Origin: an uncultured delta proteobacterium
GTDB lineage: Bacteria; Desulfobacterota; Syntrophia; Syntrophales; Smithellaceae
Length of the DNA stretch: 64,000 nt
Assembly: GCA_963753975.1 (NCBI GenBank)
Contig: CAVWEH010000005.1
Location: 672,001 to 736,000, forward strand
Reading direction: 5' to 3'
Part shown: positions 39,553 to 48,065 of the stretch, in pieces
Numbering within the stretch: position 1 is the first letter of the stretch
Layout: every line of letters starts with the position of its first letter
The notes under the pieces: generated by a model
What the model was told of the DNA's origin: nothing
Database searches by the model: none
Seen by the model: only the letters and a program-made list of their open reading frames with translations
Program-made: the position numbers and the translations under genes

Positions 39553-40857
39553 ATGCGCTTTGAAATTGCCCGCGGCGGCAGCGGCTTAACTTATGAAATC
39601 CGTAATATTGTGCTTATCGCCAATAAGCTCAAAGAATACGGCGTCGATATTATCTGGGAAAACATCGGCGATCCCGTCCAGAAGGGAGAAAAAATACCCG
39701 CCTGGATGAAAGATGTCCTGATCAATATATTAAAAGAAGATAGTTCCTATGCCTATTCGCCGACTAAGGGAGTTGATGAAACACGCAAATTTCTTGCCGA
39801 CCGTCTGAACAAACGCGGCAAAGTTCAAATCACACCGGAAGACATAATTTTCTTCAACGGCCTGGGTGATGCCATCGCTCGTGCCTACAGCTCTATCCAG
39901 GTTGACGCGCGCATGATCATGCCGGAGCCGACGTATTCCACACATTTTATGGCGGAAGTCCTGCACGCTTCCTTTCCTCCCAATACATATCGGATGAACC
40001 CTTACAGCAACTGGTATCCGGATATGCGGGAGTTGGAACAGAAAGTTAAAAGTCATAAGTCCATCGTCGGCATTTTGGTGATCAATCCCGATAACCCCAC
40101 GGGGTTCGTTTATCCGGTGGAGACGCTCAAGCAAATTGTGCAGATCGCCAAGGAAAATGATCTTTTTATCGTCTTCGATGAAACATATATCAACATAGTT
40201 TACAACGGTAAAAAGACCGTGCCGCTTTCCGATATTGTGGGCGATGTTCCCGCAATCAGCATGAAGGGCATTTCCAAAGAACTTCCCTGGCCGGGTGCGC
40301 GCTGCGGATGGATCGAAGTTTATAACGCCGAAAAAGATCCGATCTTCGCCCGTTTCATTAATACGATCTTGCAGCAGAAAATGGCGGAAGTGTGCTCAAC
40401 AACTCTGCCCCAAATGGCGATTCCCAGGATTATGTCCCATCCCGAATATCAGAATTATTTAGATAAGCGCAAACAGCATTACGAAAAACTTTCCCGGATC
40501 GCTTATGATATTCTAAAGGATGTTCCCTGTCTGATGGTGAATAAAACCAACGGCGCTTTTTACATGACCGTTGTTTTTAATGAATCGGCTCTCAATAATC
40601 GCCAACGTCTGCAGATTAAGAAAAAGGAAATAAGAGAGTTCGTGGAAGATTTAGTTAAAGAGACCATCGAACACGATAAACGATTCGTTTATTATCTTTT
40701 GGCGGCAACCGGTATTTGCGTTGTGCCGTTGACATCATTTTTTACCCCGCTGCTTGGTTTCCGTATGACGCTATTGGACAAAGACGAAGCGGAATTCAAA
40801 TACGTAGTTAAAACCATCGCCGAAAAAATCGTGGAATATATTGAGTCGGGGAAATAA
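39553..40857 (+). CDS. PLP-dependent class I/II aminotransferase (AlaA/AspC-like)
   Basis: NIGDP, INPDNPTG, FDETY, ISKELPWPGARCGW. Confidence 0.9.
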   Translation: MRFEIARGGSGLTYEIRNIVLIANKLKEYGVDIIWENIGDPVQKGEKIPAWMKDVLINILKEDSSYAYSPTKGVDETRKFLADRLNKRGKVQITPEDIIFFNGLGDAIARAYSSIQVDARMIMPEPTYSTHFMAEVLHASFPPNTYRMNPYSNWYPDMRELEQKVKSHKSIVGILVINPDNPTGFVYPVETLKQIVQIAKENDLFIVFDETYINIVYNGKKTVPLSDIVGDVPAISMKGISKELPWPGARCGWIEVYNAEKDPIFARFINTILQQKMAEVCSTTLPQMAIPRIMSHPEYQNYLDKRKQHYEKLSRIAYDILKDVPCLMVNKTNGAFYMTVVFNESALNNRQRLQIKKKEIREFVEDLVKETIEHDKRFVYYLLAATGICVVPLTSFFTPLLGFRMTLLDKDEAEFKYVVKTIAEKIVEYIESGK

Positions 40858-40897
40858 AAAAGCCGAAGGGTTTTATAATGACTCTTCGGCTTTTTTT
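40856..40897. terminator. Bidirectional rho-independent terminator
   Basis: A6-GCCGAAG...CTTCGGC-T7 between convergent genes. Confidence 0.8.
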
Positions 40898-40907
40898 GTT
40901 TAAACTA

Positions 40908-40988
40908 TTATCCCCATGCGCTTCGCTTAGGGCATCAATTCGGCTAGCAATTATTACTTAGTTTCTCTCGTAATAATTGAGTCTCATT
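40908..40988 (-). repeat. ATGARACTC-hairpin element, subfamily B
   Basis: Minus strand AATGAGACT-CAATTATTAC-12 nt-GTAATAATTG-CTAGCCGAA; matches the 43386 copy. Confidence 0.7.
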
Positions 40989-40990
40989 GA

Positions 40991-41344
40991 TTAGTATTTG
41001 CCGCCGCGGTTTCCACCGCCTCCGCCGCGTCCGCCTCTGTTAAATCCACCGCCACTGCGATTGCCGCCGCCTTTTGAGCCTCCGCCACCGAATTCCTTCT
41101 TTGGTCTTGCCTCGTTGACAGTAATCGCCTTTCCATCAAGCATACCGCCGTTGAACTTCTTGATGGCTTCAGTTGCGCCTTCCTCTGTTTTCATTTCGAC
41201 AAAACCGAATCCCTTCGATTGACCTGTAAACTTATCCTTAATGATTGCAGCGGATACGACTTCTCCCGCTTCAGTAAAGTTAGTTTTGAGATCCTCGTCC
41301 GTAACTTTATAAGACAGATTGCCGACATACAAATTCTTGTTCAT
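40991..41344 (-). CDS. RRM RNA-binding protein with Gly-rich tail
   Basis: LYVGNL (RNP2), KGFGFVEM (RNP1), VNEARP, RGG-rich tail. Confidence 0.95.
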   Translation of the reverse strand: MNKNLYVGNLSYKVTDEDLKTNFTEAGEVVSAAIIKDKFTGQSKGFGFVEMKTEEGATEAIKKFNGGMLDGKAITVNEARPKKEFGGGGSKGGGNRSGGGFNRGGRGGGGGNRGGKY

Positions 41345-41833
41345 TTTAATCCCCTTTCTCGTTGACTATCTTTTGTTAACCTTCATTCCCCCGTGGGGCC
41401 CATAAAGCATCAAAATCACCCCCATCCGTCTCCCGGTTGAGAAGGAAGGAAAAAGTGAGGGGCTTGTATGCCTTACCTCTTGAGCTTTTTTCCAAGCTCA
41501 CTACTGCTCAAAGAAAAAACCACCAACGCTCCGAAAAACGTGGTGGTTGTGTCTCGTTTATAAAGAAATTTTTAACATTCTAAAACATAAACACAGTTTA
41601 TTTTCATGTAACTTGGTCACAATACCAATTAATAGTCAAGAAGGATTTTATTTTTGTTTTCTATTGATTAGCAACGCCTTCTGAGGAAATTCGGTTCAAA
41701 ATACACTAACTTCATTCTATTAATTCCGATTGATGACCAATTAATTCGTTCAATTGCTTTTTTTCTGCTATAATCCGTAAACTTTCATTAAGGCATTTTC
41801 AATAACCATGCGCCGCAAATTAAGGAGGAGTTT

Positions 41834-43102
41834 ATGTTTGATTACATGCTGACCAAAGAGCAAATAAAGATCAGGGACGAGGTCCGTGAGCTTGTAAAAT
41901 GGACGCCTCGCCAGATGATTTTGGATATGGATACGGATAAAATCAAATTCCCCAAAGAATTTTTACAGGAAGCAGGCAGACGCAATCTGCTGGGCTGTCG
42001 CTACCCCAAAAAATGGGGAGGCAGGGAAATGGATTGGGTAACCACCTGCATGATTATGGAAGAGGTGGGAACACTCGGTTATGAATTTGCCTGCGTTTTC
42101 GGTGTGGGGGCAGAATTAGTCTGCGATGCCATTATCCTGCACGGCACAGATGAGCAAAAAGAAAAGTACGTAAAGCCTCTCCTGAAGGGGAAGCTTTTTG
42201 CGGCGGAGTGCCTAACGGAGCCGCGAGGGGGCTCGGATTTTTTTGGAGCGACGACTAAAGCCGAGGATAAGGGTGATTATTATCTCTTGAATGGCCAGAA
42301 ACGTTTTATCGTTGGCGCCGAAGGCGCGGATTTTTTTCTCGTTTACGCTAGGAGCCATTCCGAAGCCAAGCCGCAAGAAGCAATAACCTGTTTTATTGTG
42401 GATCGCGGACCGGGTGTGGAAGTGAAATATCTTTACGGCCTTATGGGTTGCCGCGGCGGCGGAACCGGCCGTATTATCTTCCGCAATGTTAAAGTACCTA
42501 AGAAAAATGTTGTGGGAAAAATTCAGGGAGCCTACGCGGTTTTTAATACCATGATGATCCCGGAGAGGTTAGGCACCGCCGCGATGACTATAGGCGCCGC
42601 CCGCCCTGCCCTCGATGTCGCCACGCGATACACATCGAAACGCAAAGCATTCGGCCAGATAATCAATCAATTTGAAGGCGTTAGTTTTCAGATTGCCGAG
42701 GCTGCCATGCTGCTGGATGCGGCACGCGCCGTGGCTTATGTTACGGCCCGCGCGGTGGATGCAGGCGTGGATATGAACCGTGTGCGGCGCATGGTATCGC
42801 AGAGCAAAAAGTTTATCACCGAATCATGTCAGAAGGTCGTTCATAATTCCATGCAGGTGATGGGGGGAATTGCTTACACCAATGTTTTTCCGCTGGAACG
42901 CATCTACCGCGATGTTCGTCTGGCTTCGATTTGGACAGGCACCAGCGAAGTCATGTCCATGATCACGGCTCACGAGTGGTATCGTGAATATTTTCGGGAA
43001 AAGGCAAAGGGCAAAACCCGCGACCATGAACTAGACGCCCCGGAAGCTTTTGATGAAGAAAAAATCTACGACGATGACGATATGTGGAAAAAGGGCTGGT
43101 AA
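41834..43102 (+). CDS. Acyl-CoA dehydrogenase
   Basis: CLTEPRGGSD, LNGQKRFI, RKAFG, QVMGGIAY, IWTGTSE; extended -10 TGCTATAAT at 41766. Confidence 0.93.
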   Translation: MFDYMLTKEQIKIRDEVRELVKWTPRQMILDMDTDKIKFPKEFLQEAGRRNLLGCRYPKKWGGREMDWVTTCMIMEEVGTLGYEFACVFGVGAELVCDAIILHGTDEQKEKYVKPLLKGKLFAAECLTEPRGGSDFFGATTKAEDKGDYYLLNGQKRFIVGAEGADFFLVYARSHSEAKPQEAITCFIVDRGPGVEVKYLYGLMGCRGGGTGRIIFRNVKVPKKNVVGKIQGAYAVFNTMMIPERLGTAAMTIGAARPALDVATRYTSKRKAFGQIINQFEGVSFQIAEAAMLLDAARAVAYVTARAVDAGVDMNRVRRMVSQSKKFITESCQKVVHNSMQVMGGIAYTNVFPLERIYRDVRLASIWTGTSEVMSMITAHEWYREYFREKAKGKTRDHELDAPEAFDEEKIYDDDDMWKKGW

Positions 43103-43276
43103 GGGCAAGATATTGAAAATCTGCCGTCTAACCGGTGATAAAATTTTTTAATATAGTCATACAAACTATTTGACCAAATCCAGTCATTTTATTATATTCA
43201 CGTATCGAGAGTGCCGGTTTGGAGAGTGGCCGGTATTTTGCTGTGCTATTAATCCTTATTAATGGAGGTTCAGACT

Positions 43277-43387
43277 ATGGCTAAATCAAGAGACATAAAG
43301 AAGGACGCGAAGAAGAAACCCGCCAAAACGGCGAAAGAAAAAAGAGAAGCCAAGAGATTGAAAAAAATGACCAGAGAAGGATTATAG
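43277..43387 (+). CDS. 36-aa Lys-rich small basic protein (below the ORF-track cutoff)
   Basis: GGAGGT RBS; MAKSRDIKKDAKKKPAKTAKEKREAKRLKKMTREGL. Confidence 0.65.
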   Translation: MAKSRDIKKDAKKKPAKTAKEKREAKRLKKMTREGL

Positions 43388-43466
43388 TGAGACTCAAATA
43401 TTGCGAGTATAACAAAGCAATATTTGCTAGCCGAACTATCCCCGAAGCGCAGCGGAGCGGGATAAC
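43386..43466 (+). repeat. ATGARACTC-hairpin element, subfamily B
   Basis: GTGAGACT-CAAATATTGC-12 nt-GCAATATTTG-CTAGCCGAA. Confidence 0.7.
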
Positions 43467-43579
43467 GAGCACCGACCACACACACTATGCTCAAAAAAAT
43501 CAATCACTCATTTTGAATACCGGGCAGAGTGCTGGGGCGGTTTTTTGTTACTGTTAATTATCGGCACAGCGGAGTTAAA

Positions 43580-45190
43580 ATGAAAATTAAATTTCTCGGG
43601 GCGGCAAGAGAAGTTACCGGCTCTTGTTTTATTATTGAAACGGATAAGGTAAGATTCGCTGTTGACTGCGGCATGCATCAGGGCAGCGATGAAATAGAAA
43701 AACGCAACTGGGATGTCGACATATATGAACCTGAGCATATCGATTTCATCCTGATTACTCATGCCCATATTGATCATTCGGGATTACTCCCCCGTATTGT
43801 GCAAAAAGGATTTCGCGGCCTTATTTACGCAACCGAGCCCACCGGCGACCTGATTAAGATATTGCTTTTGGACAGCGCGCATATACAGGAAGTCGAATCA
43901 ACGTGGAAAATCAAAAAAATGCAGCGTCACGGCAACACTGACGATGCCTTACCGCTTTACACGACGAAAGATGCCGAATCCGTCAGTCCGCTAATTAAAA
44001 CCAAAACCTACAACGAGGTTTTCAGTCCCGCAAACGGGATAAAAGCCAACTTTCAGGATGCCGGCCATATTTTGGGCGCGGCGATACTGGAATTATTTAT
44101 CGAGGAAAACGGTAAATCCACAAAATTAATTTTCTCCGGCGACATCGGCCGTCGCCACCAGCTATTGATGAAAGACCCCGTAACCGTCAGCGCGGCGGAT
44201 TTTCTTTTTATGGAATCGACCTACGGCGACCGCAACCACAAAGGTGAGGAGGACAGCTTAAATGAAATGGCCGAAGCGATTAAGTACAGTTACTCCAGAG
44301 GGGAAAAAGTCATCATTCCCGCCTTTGCCGTGGAAAGAACCCAGGAAATGCTCTATTCGCTTTATCTTCTTTCCCGGGATGGCAGGCTGCCCAAAGACAT
44401 GCCGGTGATTCTGGATAGTCCCTTGGCAATCAAAGCAACGGAGATATTCCGCCGTTACCGTTCCTATCTCGATTCCGAAACGCAGAGCCTTTTGAAAAAT
44501 GGCGAAGACCCTTTAGATTTGCCGCAGCTTCAGTTTTCTTCAACAACCGAACAATCGAAGCAAATTAATGAATTAAAAGGATCGGCAATTGTTATTTCCG
44601 CGAGCGGCATGGCCAATGCCGGAAGGATCAAACATCATTTGCGGCATAATTTGTGGCGTCCGGGCGCAAGCATTGTGTTCGTCGGCTATCAGGCGGAAGG
44701 CACACCCGGCCGCAAAATTGTCGACGGCGCGAAAAAAATCCGCATCTTCAATGAAGATATCGCCATCAAGGCCAAGGTATGGACTATCAGCGGTTTTTCC
44801 GCCCATGCCGGCCAGAATCAGCTACTGGATTGGCTGGGGAATTTCCGCAATAAAAAAATGCAGGTGTTTTTAGTTCACGGTGAATTTTCCGTGCAAGAGC
44901 AATTAGCCTCAATAATTAGGAAAAAATTGGGCTTTGATGTTACCATCCCCGAATATCTGGAGGAAATACGGCTGAAGGTCGGTGCTGAGTTCGAAGAAGT
45001 AAAACCGGCGAAGGTCGAAGAGACGCGAGTCGACTGGGATTTGTTATTGGGCGATTTGGAATCAAAAATTTCTTCTCTGCAGGGCCTGAAGAAAAAGCTC
45101 CAATCACTGCCTTTGAGCAAACAAATGGAAATCAGGGATACTCTGCACGAAGCGCATGTCAATATTAATGAGATAAAGGATGAGATTTAA
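43580..45190 (+). CDS. MBL-fold beta-CASP ribonuclease
   Basis: GAAREVTGS, THAHIDHSG, AGHILGA, FSGDIG, ESTYG, FSAHA, VHGE. Confidence 0.92.
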   Translation: MKIKFLGAAREVTGSCFIIETDKVRFAVDCGMHQGSDEIEKRNWDVDIYEPEHIDFILITHAHIDHSGLLPRIVQKGFRGLIYATEPTGDLIKILLLDSAHIQEVESTWKIKKMQRHGNTDDALPLYTTKDAESVSPLIKTKTYNEVFSPANGIKANFQDAGHILGAAILELFIEENGKSTKLIFSGDIGRRHQLLMKDPVTVSAADFLFMESTYGDRNHKGEEDSLNEMAEAIKYSYSRGEKVIIPAFAVERTQEMLYSLYLLSRDGRLPKDMPVILDSPLAIKATEIFRRYRSYLDSETQSLLKNGEDPLDLPQLQFSSTTEQSKQINELKGSAIVISASGMANAGRIKHHLRHNLWRPGASIVFVGYQAEGTPGRKIVDGAKKIRIFNEDIAIKAKVWTISGFSAHAGQNQLLDWLGNFRNKKMQVFLVHGEFSVQEQLASIIRKKLGFDVTIPEYLEEIRLKVGAEFEEVKPAKVEETRVDWDLLLGDLESKISSLQGLKKKLQSLPLSKQMEIRDTLHEAHVNINEIKDEI

Positions 45191-46085
45191 TTCCCCTTAT
45201 CCCCGGATGAAAAATTAGCGCCATTTCTTCGATGGCATCCACAATACGCGGCGATGCCCGGCTGATCAAATCGGTATCGATAGGATAAATTCTATTATTA
45301 TCCACCGCCGGTACTCCTTTGAATTCTTGCCAGAAGCGTTTTCCCGCAGCAAATTCCTTGTCGCCGGCCATCGGCGCAAAAAGAATTATATCCGGCGCTG
45401 CCCCCATGATGCCTTCGGCACTGTAGCGGGGATAGCGGGCGGTGTCCCCTCCCGCAACATTAACACCTCCGGCTCGCTCAATAACTTCATTGATTAACGT
45501 ACCTTTGCCGGCCGTAATAACCGGCTCTAAACCAATTTGGAAAAAAACTCGCGGTTTACTTTTATGGTTTATTTGCGCCGTGATATTGTTTAATCTCTTT
45601 TGCAGTTTTTCCACCAGTTTTCCGGCGTCCTTTTCCCGGTTTGTTATTTCGCCTATATGTAAAATGCTTTTCAGGATACCAGCGGTATCGGAAGGATTGG
45701 TTACATAGACGGAAAGACCGATTCTTTCCAATTGCCGCACGGTATCTTTGCGGTTCCCGTCCGCCGTGGCTATGATCAAATCGGGTTTCAGGGAAACAAT
45801 CTTTTCTATGGAAGGATTGGTGAATCCACCGACTCGCGGTTTCTGACGCGCCTGCGACGGCCAATTGCAAAAGGTGGTCACGCCCACAATTTTGTCGTCA
45901 AGGTTAAGTGCGTAAAGAGTTTCCGTTATTCCCGGAGCAAGGGAGACAATCCTCTGGGGAGACTCTTTAATATTTATCTTGCGCCCGATCTCATCCCTTA
46001 CCGTACCGGCCCAAGTTTCGCTTACGCAAAAGAACGTCAAAATAATGAGCAAAGTATTATTAATAATTTTTAATTGTTTGCGCAT
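45165..46085 (-). CDS. btuF: Cobalamin-binding periplasmic protein (BtuF-like)
   Basis: RIVSLAPGITETLYAL, EKIVSLKPDL, SRASPRI. Confidence 0.82.
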   Translation of the reverse strand: MRKQLKIINNTLLIILTFFCVSETWAGTVRDEIGRKINIKESPQRIVSLAPGITETLYALNLDDKIVGVTTFCNWPSQARQKPRVGGFTNPSIEKIVSLKPDLIIATADGNRKDTVRQLERIGLSVYVTNPSDTAGILKSILHIGEITNREKDAGKLVEKLQKRLNNITAQINHKSKPRVFFQIGLEPVITAGKGTLINEVIERAGGVNVAGGDTARYPRYSAEGIMGAAPDIILFAPMAGDKEFAAGKRFWQEFKGVPAVDNNRIYPIDTDLISRASPRIVDAIEEMALIFHPGIRGIKSHPLSH

Positions 46086-46147
46086 TATTATAAAACCGTT
46101 TTTCTTGTTTCAGCTTTTTCTGCTTATTTTGGCTGCGGGGAGAAATG

Positions 46148-46717
46148 TCAGTCCATGATTTTATACCGGAAGGAAGCCAATATATTCAAGCGCGAAAGAT
46201 TATATTGCTCCGGCAAGGGATCGTACGGCGCGGCGGCTTTGACTACACCCAACGCTCCTTCATCGAGCTCTATTGCCCCGGAGGAAGACACGAGGGTTGT
46301 TGCAGCAAGGGTACCGCCGGCATCAATGGATAATTTTACCACGACAGTTCCCTCTTCATTTTTACTGTAAGCTTTTTCGGGATAATTCCAAATTCGGAGA
46401 ATCTTCTTTTTGATCTTAACCAAATAAGCGCCATACTTTACATCCATGCTGCCAAGTTCAACAGTCTCTTCCCGCCAGCCGTCATTGACAAGAACATCTT
46501 TCGCGTCTTTGCTCCGTGAGGGTTTTATTTCTTCGGGCCTTTTTTCTTCGTTTTTCTTCGGCTGTATTTCTGTTTCCGGCTCTTTGATATCCACGGTGAT
46601 TATTTCGTCGGCTCTAATATTTTCACGTAAATCGATCATGCCTGTAACGGTGATTAACGCTAGATGCCCAACAAAGGATATTAGGACCGGCAATAATATG
46701 ACTTTTTTTGTATCCAT
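46148..46717 (-). CDS. TonB C-terminal domain protein
   Basis: N-terminal TM with His; WNYP...EGTVVVKL, SSGAIELDEGAL, AAPYDPLP. Confidence 0.8.
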   Translation of the reverse strand: MDTKKVILLPVLISFVGHLALITVTGMIDLRENIRADEIITVDIKEPETEIQPKKNEEKRPEEIKPSRSKDAKDVLVNDGWREETVELGSMDVKYGAYLVKIKKKILRIWNYPEKAYSKNEEGTVVVKLSIDAGGTLAATTLVSSSGAIELDEGALGVVKAAAPYDPLPEQYNLSRLNILASFRYKIMD

Positions 46718-46816
46718 GTTTTACCGCTTCGGAGCAATTATATACGGCAATTGCCATAAAATCAACTATATGATAACGATGCGGAGAAATTAGATGTCAG
46801 GGAAAGCGGTTGTTAA

Positions 46817-47296
46817 ATGCAAAATCACTATAATTTCATGAAAATTGCGCTGGAGGAAGCCGAGATCGCCTACCGCGAGGGAGAAGTGCCCGTCGGTGCT
46901 GTACTCGTGAGCGAAGGCCGCGTTTTAGCGCGGGCGCATAATTCACCTATTACGAAAAACGATCCTTCGGCGCATGCGGAATTACTGGCCTTAAGGCAGG
47001 CAGGAGAGACTATCGGCAATTACCGTTTGGTAGGCGCGGAACTCTACGTCACACTGGAGCCCTGCGTCATGTGCGCGGGCGCAATTATTCAGGCCCGACT
47101 CTCCCGGGTAATTTTCGGAATGCGTGATCCTAAAAACGGTGCTGTCGTATCATTGTATAAAATTTTAACCGATGAGCGGCTGAATCATCAGGTAGAGATA
47201 ACGGAAGGTATTTTGCAGGAAGAATGCGGGGAACTTTTGAGTAGATTTTTCAGCCAAAAGAGGATAACATCCCGCGCGCTTCGGGCAGATAATTAA
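46817..47296 (+). CDS. tadA: tRNA adenosine(34) deaminase
   Basis: EVPVGAV, DPSAHAE, TLEPCVMCAGA. Confidence 0.95.
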   Translation: MQNHYNFMKIALEEAEIAYREGEVPVGAVLVSEGRVLARAHNSPITKNDPSAHAELLALRQAGETIGNYRLVGAELYVTLEPCVMCAGAIIQARLSRVIFGMRDPKNGAVVSLYKILTDERLNHQVEITEGILQEECGELLSRFFSQKRITSRALRADN

Positions 47297-47298
47297 GT

Positions 47299-47376
47299 GG
47301 AGAGATACCGAAGTGGTCGTAGCGGGATCGACTCGCCCGGCATGCGCCGGGCGTCCGGCGAATGTCGGACGAAATC
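47299..47376 (+). pseudogene. Duplicated 5' half of tRNA-Ser(CGA), interrupted in the anticodon loop by 36 nt of hairpins
   Basis: 47299-47335 matches 47650-47686 with one mismatch; resumes with AAATC after the insert. Confidence 0.85.
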
Positions 47377-47392
47377 TACAATAATTGATATT

Positions 47393-47647
47393 ATGTATTA
47401 CGTTTACATACTACAAAGTGAACGGGATAAAGAATTTTATGTTGGAAGGACTAGTGATCTTAAAAGAAGATATTCGGAACATCAGGCAGGCCGTGTAGAA
47501 TCGACAAGACACAGGTTGCCCATGAAGTTGTTATGTTACGAGGCTTATAGCACGAAAGAAGAATCAGCCAGGCGGGAAGAATATCTAAAAACGAGTGATG
47601 GAAGAAAAGATATCAGGAAACGAATTATAGAAAGCCTGATTAAATAG
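47393..47647 (+). CDS. Small GIY-YIG nuclease
   Basis: MYYVYILQS...FYVGRTSDLKRRYSEH...REEYLK, 84 aa. Confidence 0.9.
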   Translation: MYYVYILQSERDKEFYVGRTSDLKRRYSEHQAGRVESTRHRLPMKLLCYEAYSTKEESARREEYLKTSDGRKDIRKRIIESLIK

Positions 47648-47649
47648 AC

Positions 47650-47743
47650 GGAGAGATACCGAAGTGGTCGTAACGGGATCGACTCGAAATCGATTTGGGG
47701 GCCACAAGCTCTCACGGGGGTTCGAATCCCCCTCTCTCCGCCA
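47650..47743 (+). tRNA. tRNA-Ser (CGA)
   Basis: Acceptor GGAGAGA/TCTCTCC; anticodon arm ATCGA-CTCGAAA-TCGAT; long variable arm; G73 and CCA. Confidence 0.95.
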
Positions 47744-47802
47744 GAAATAGATACGGAGATGTAATATGTTACGTCTCCATAGTTAAAAATATTGTAATGA
47801 CC

Positions 47803-47896
47803 GGAGAGATGTCCGAGCGGCTTAAGGAGCACGACTGGAAATCGTGTGTATGCCCACAAAGGTGTACCGCGGGTTCAAATCCCGCTCTCTCCGCCA
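47803..47896 (+). tRNA. tRNA-Ser (GGA)
   Basis: Acceptor GGAGAGA/TCTCTCC; anticodon arm CACGA-CTGGAAA-TCGTG; long variable arm; CCA. Confidence 0.95.
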
Positions 47897-47938
47897 TTTA
47901 TTACTGTAGATAGATAGTAAGGAAGCGTTCATAATGAT

Positions 47939-48020
47939 CGGGTTCACCCGGCACGTGTGACCTTTAGGTTATACGCCGGGTAGTCCGGCGAATGCCGGAC
48001 AAATCCCGCTCTCTCCGCCA
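47939..48020 (+). pseudogene. Duplicated 3' end of tRNA-Ser(GGA), interrupted in the T-loop by nested hairpins
   Basis: CGGGTTC-[insert]-AAATCCCGCTCTCTCCGCCA. Confidence 0.8.
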
Positions 48021-48065
48021 GAAAACAAAAGCGCAATTGCTTAGAATATAATATGGGTAAAACAT

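Noticed and set aside
41345..41830. Long intergenic region upstream of the RRM gene as an ncRNA
   Set aside because: Probably a long 5' UTR plus divergent promoters; no structure I can support
47297..47392. N-terminal extension of the GIY-YIG ORF
   Set aside because: It is translated tRNA fragment and hairpins; the domain starts at ATG 47393
47299..47743. Group I intron with homing endonuclease in the tRNA anticodon loop
   Set aside because: The downstream tRNA is complete rather than a 3' exon, and there is no space for a ribozyme core
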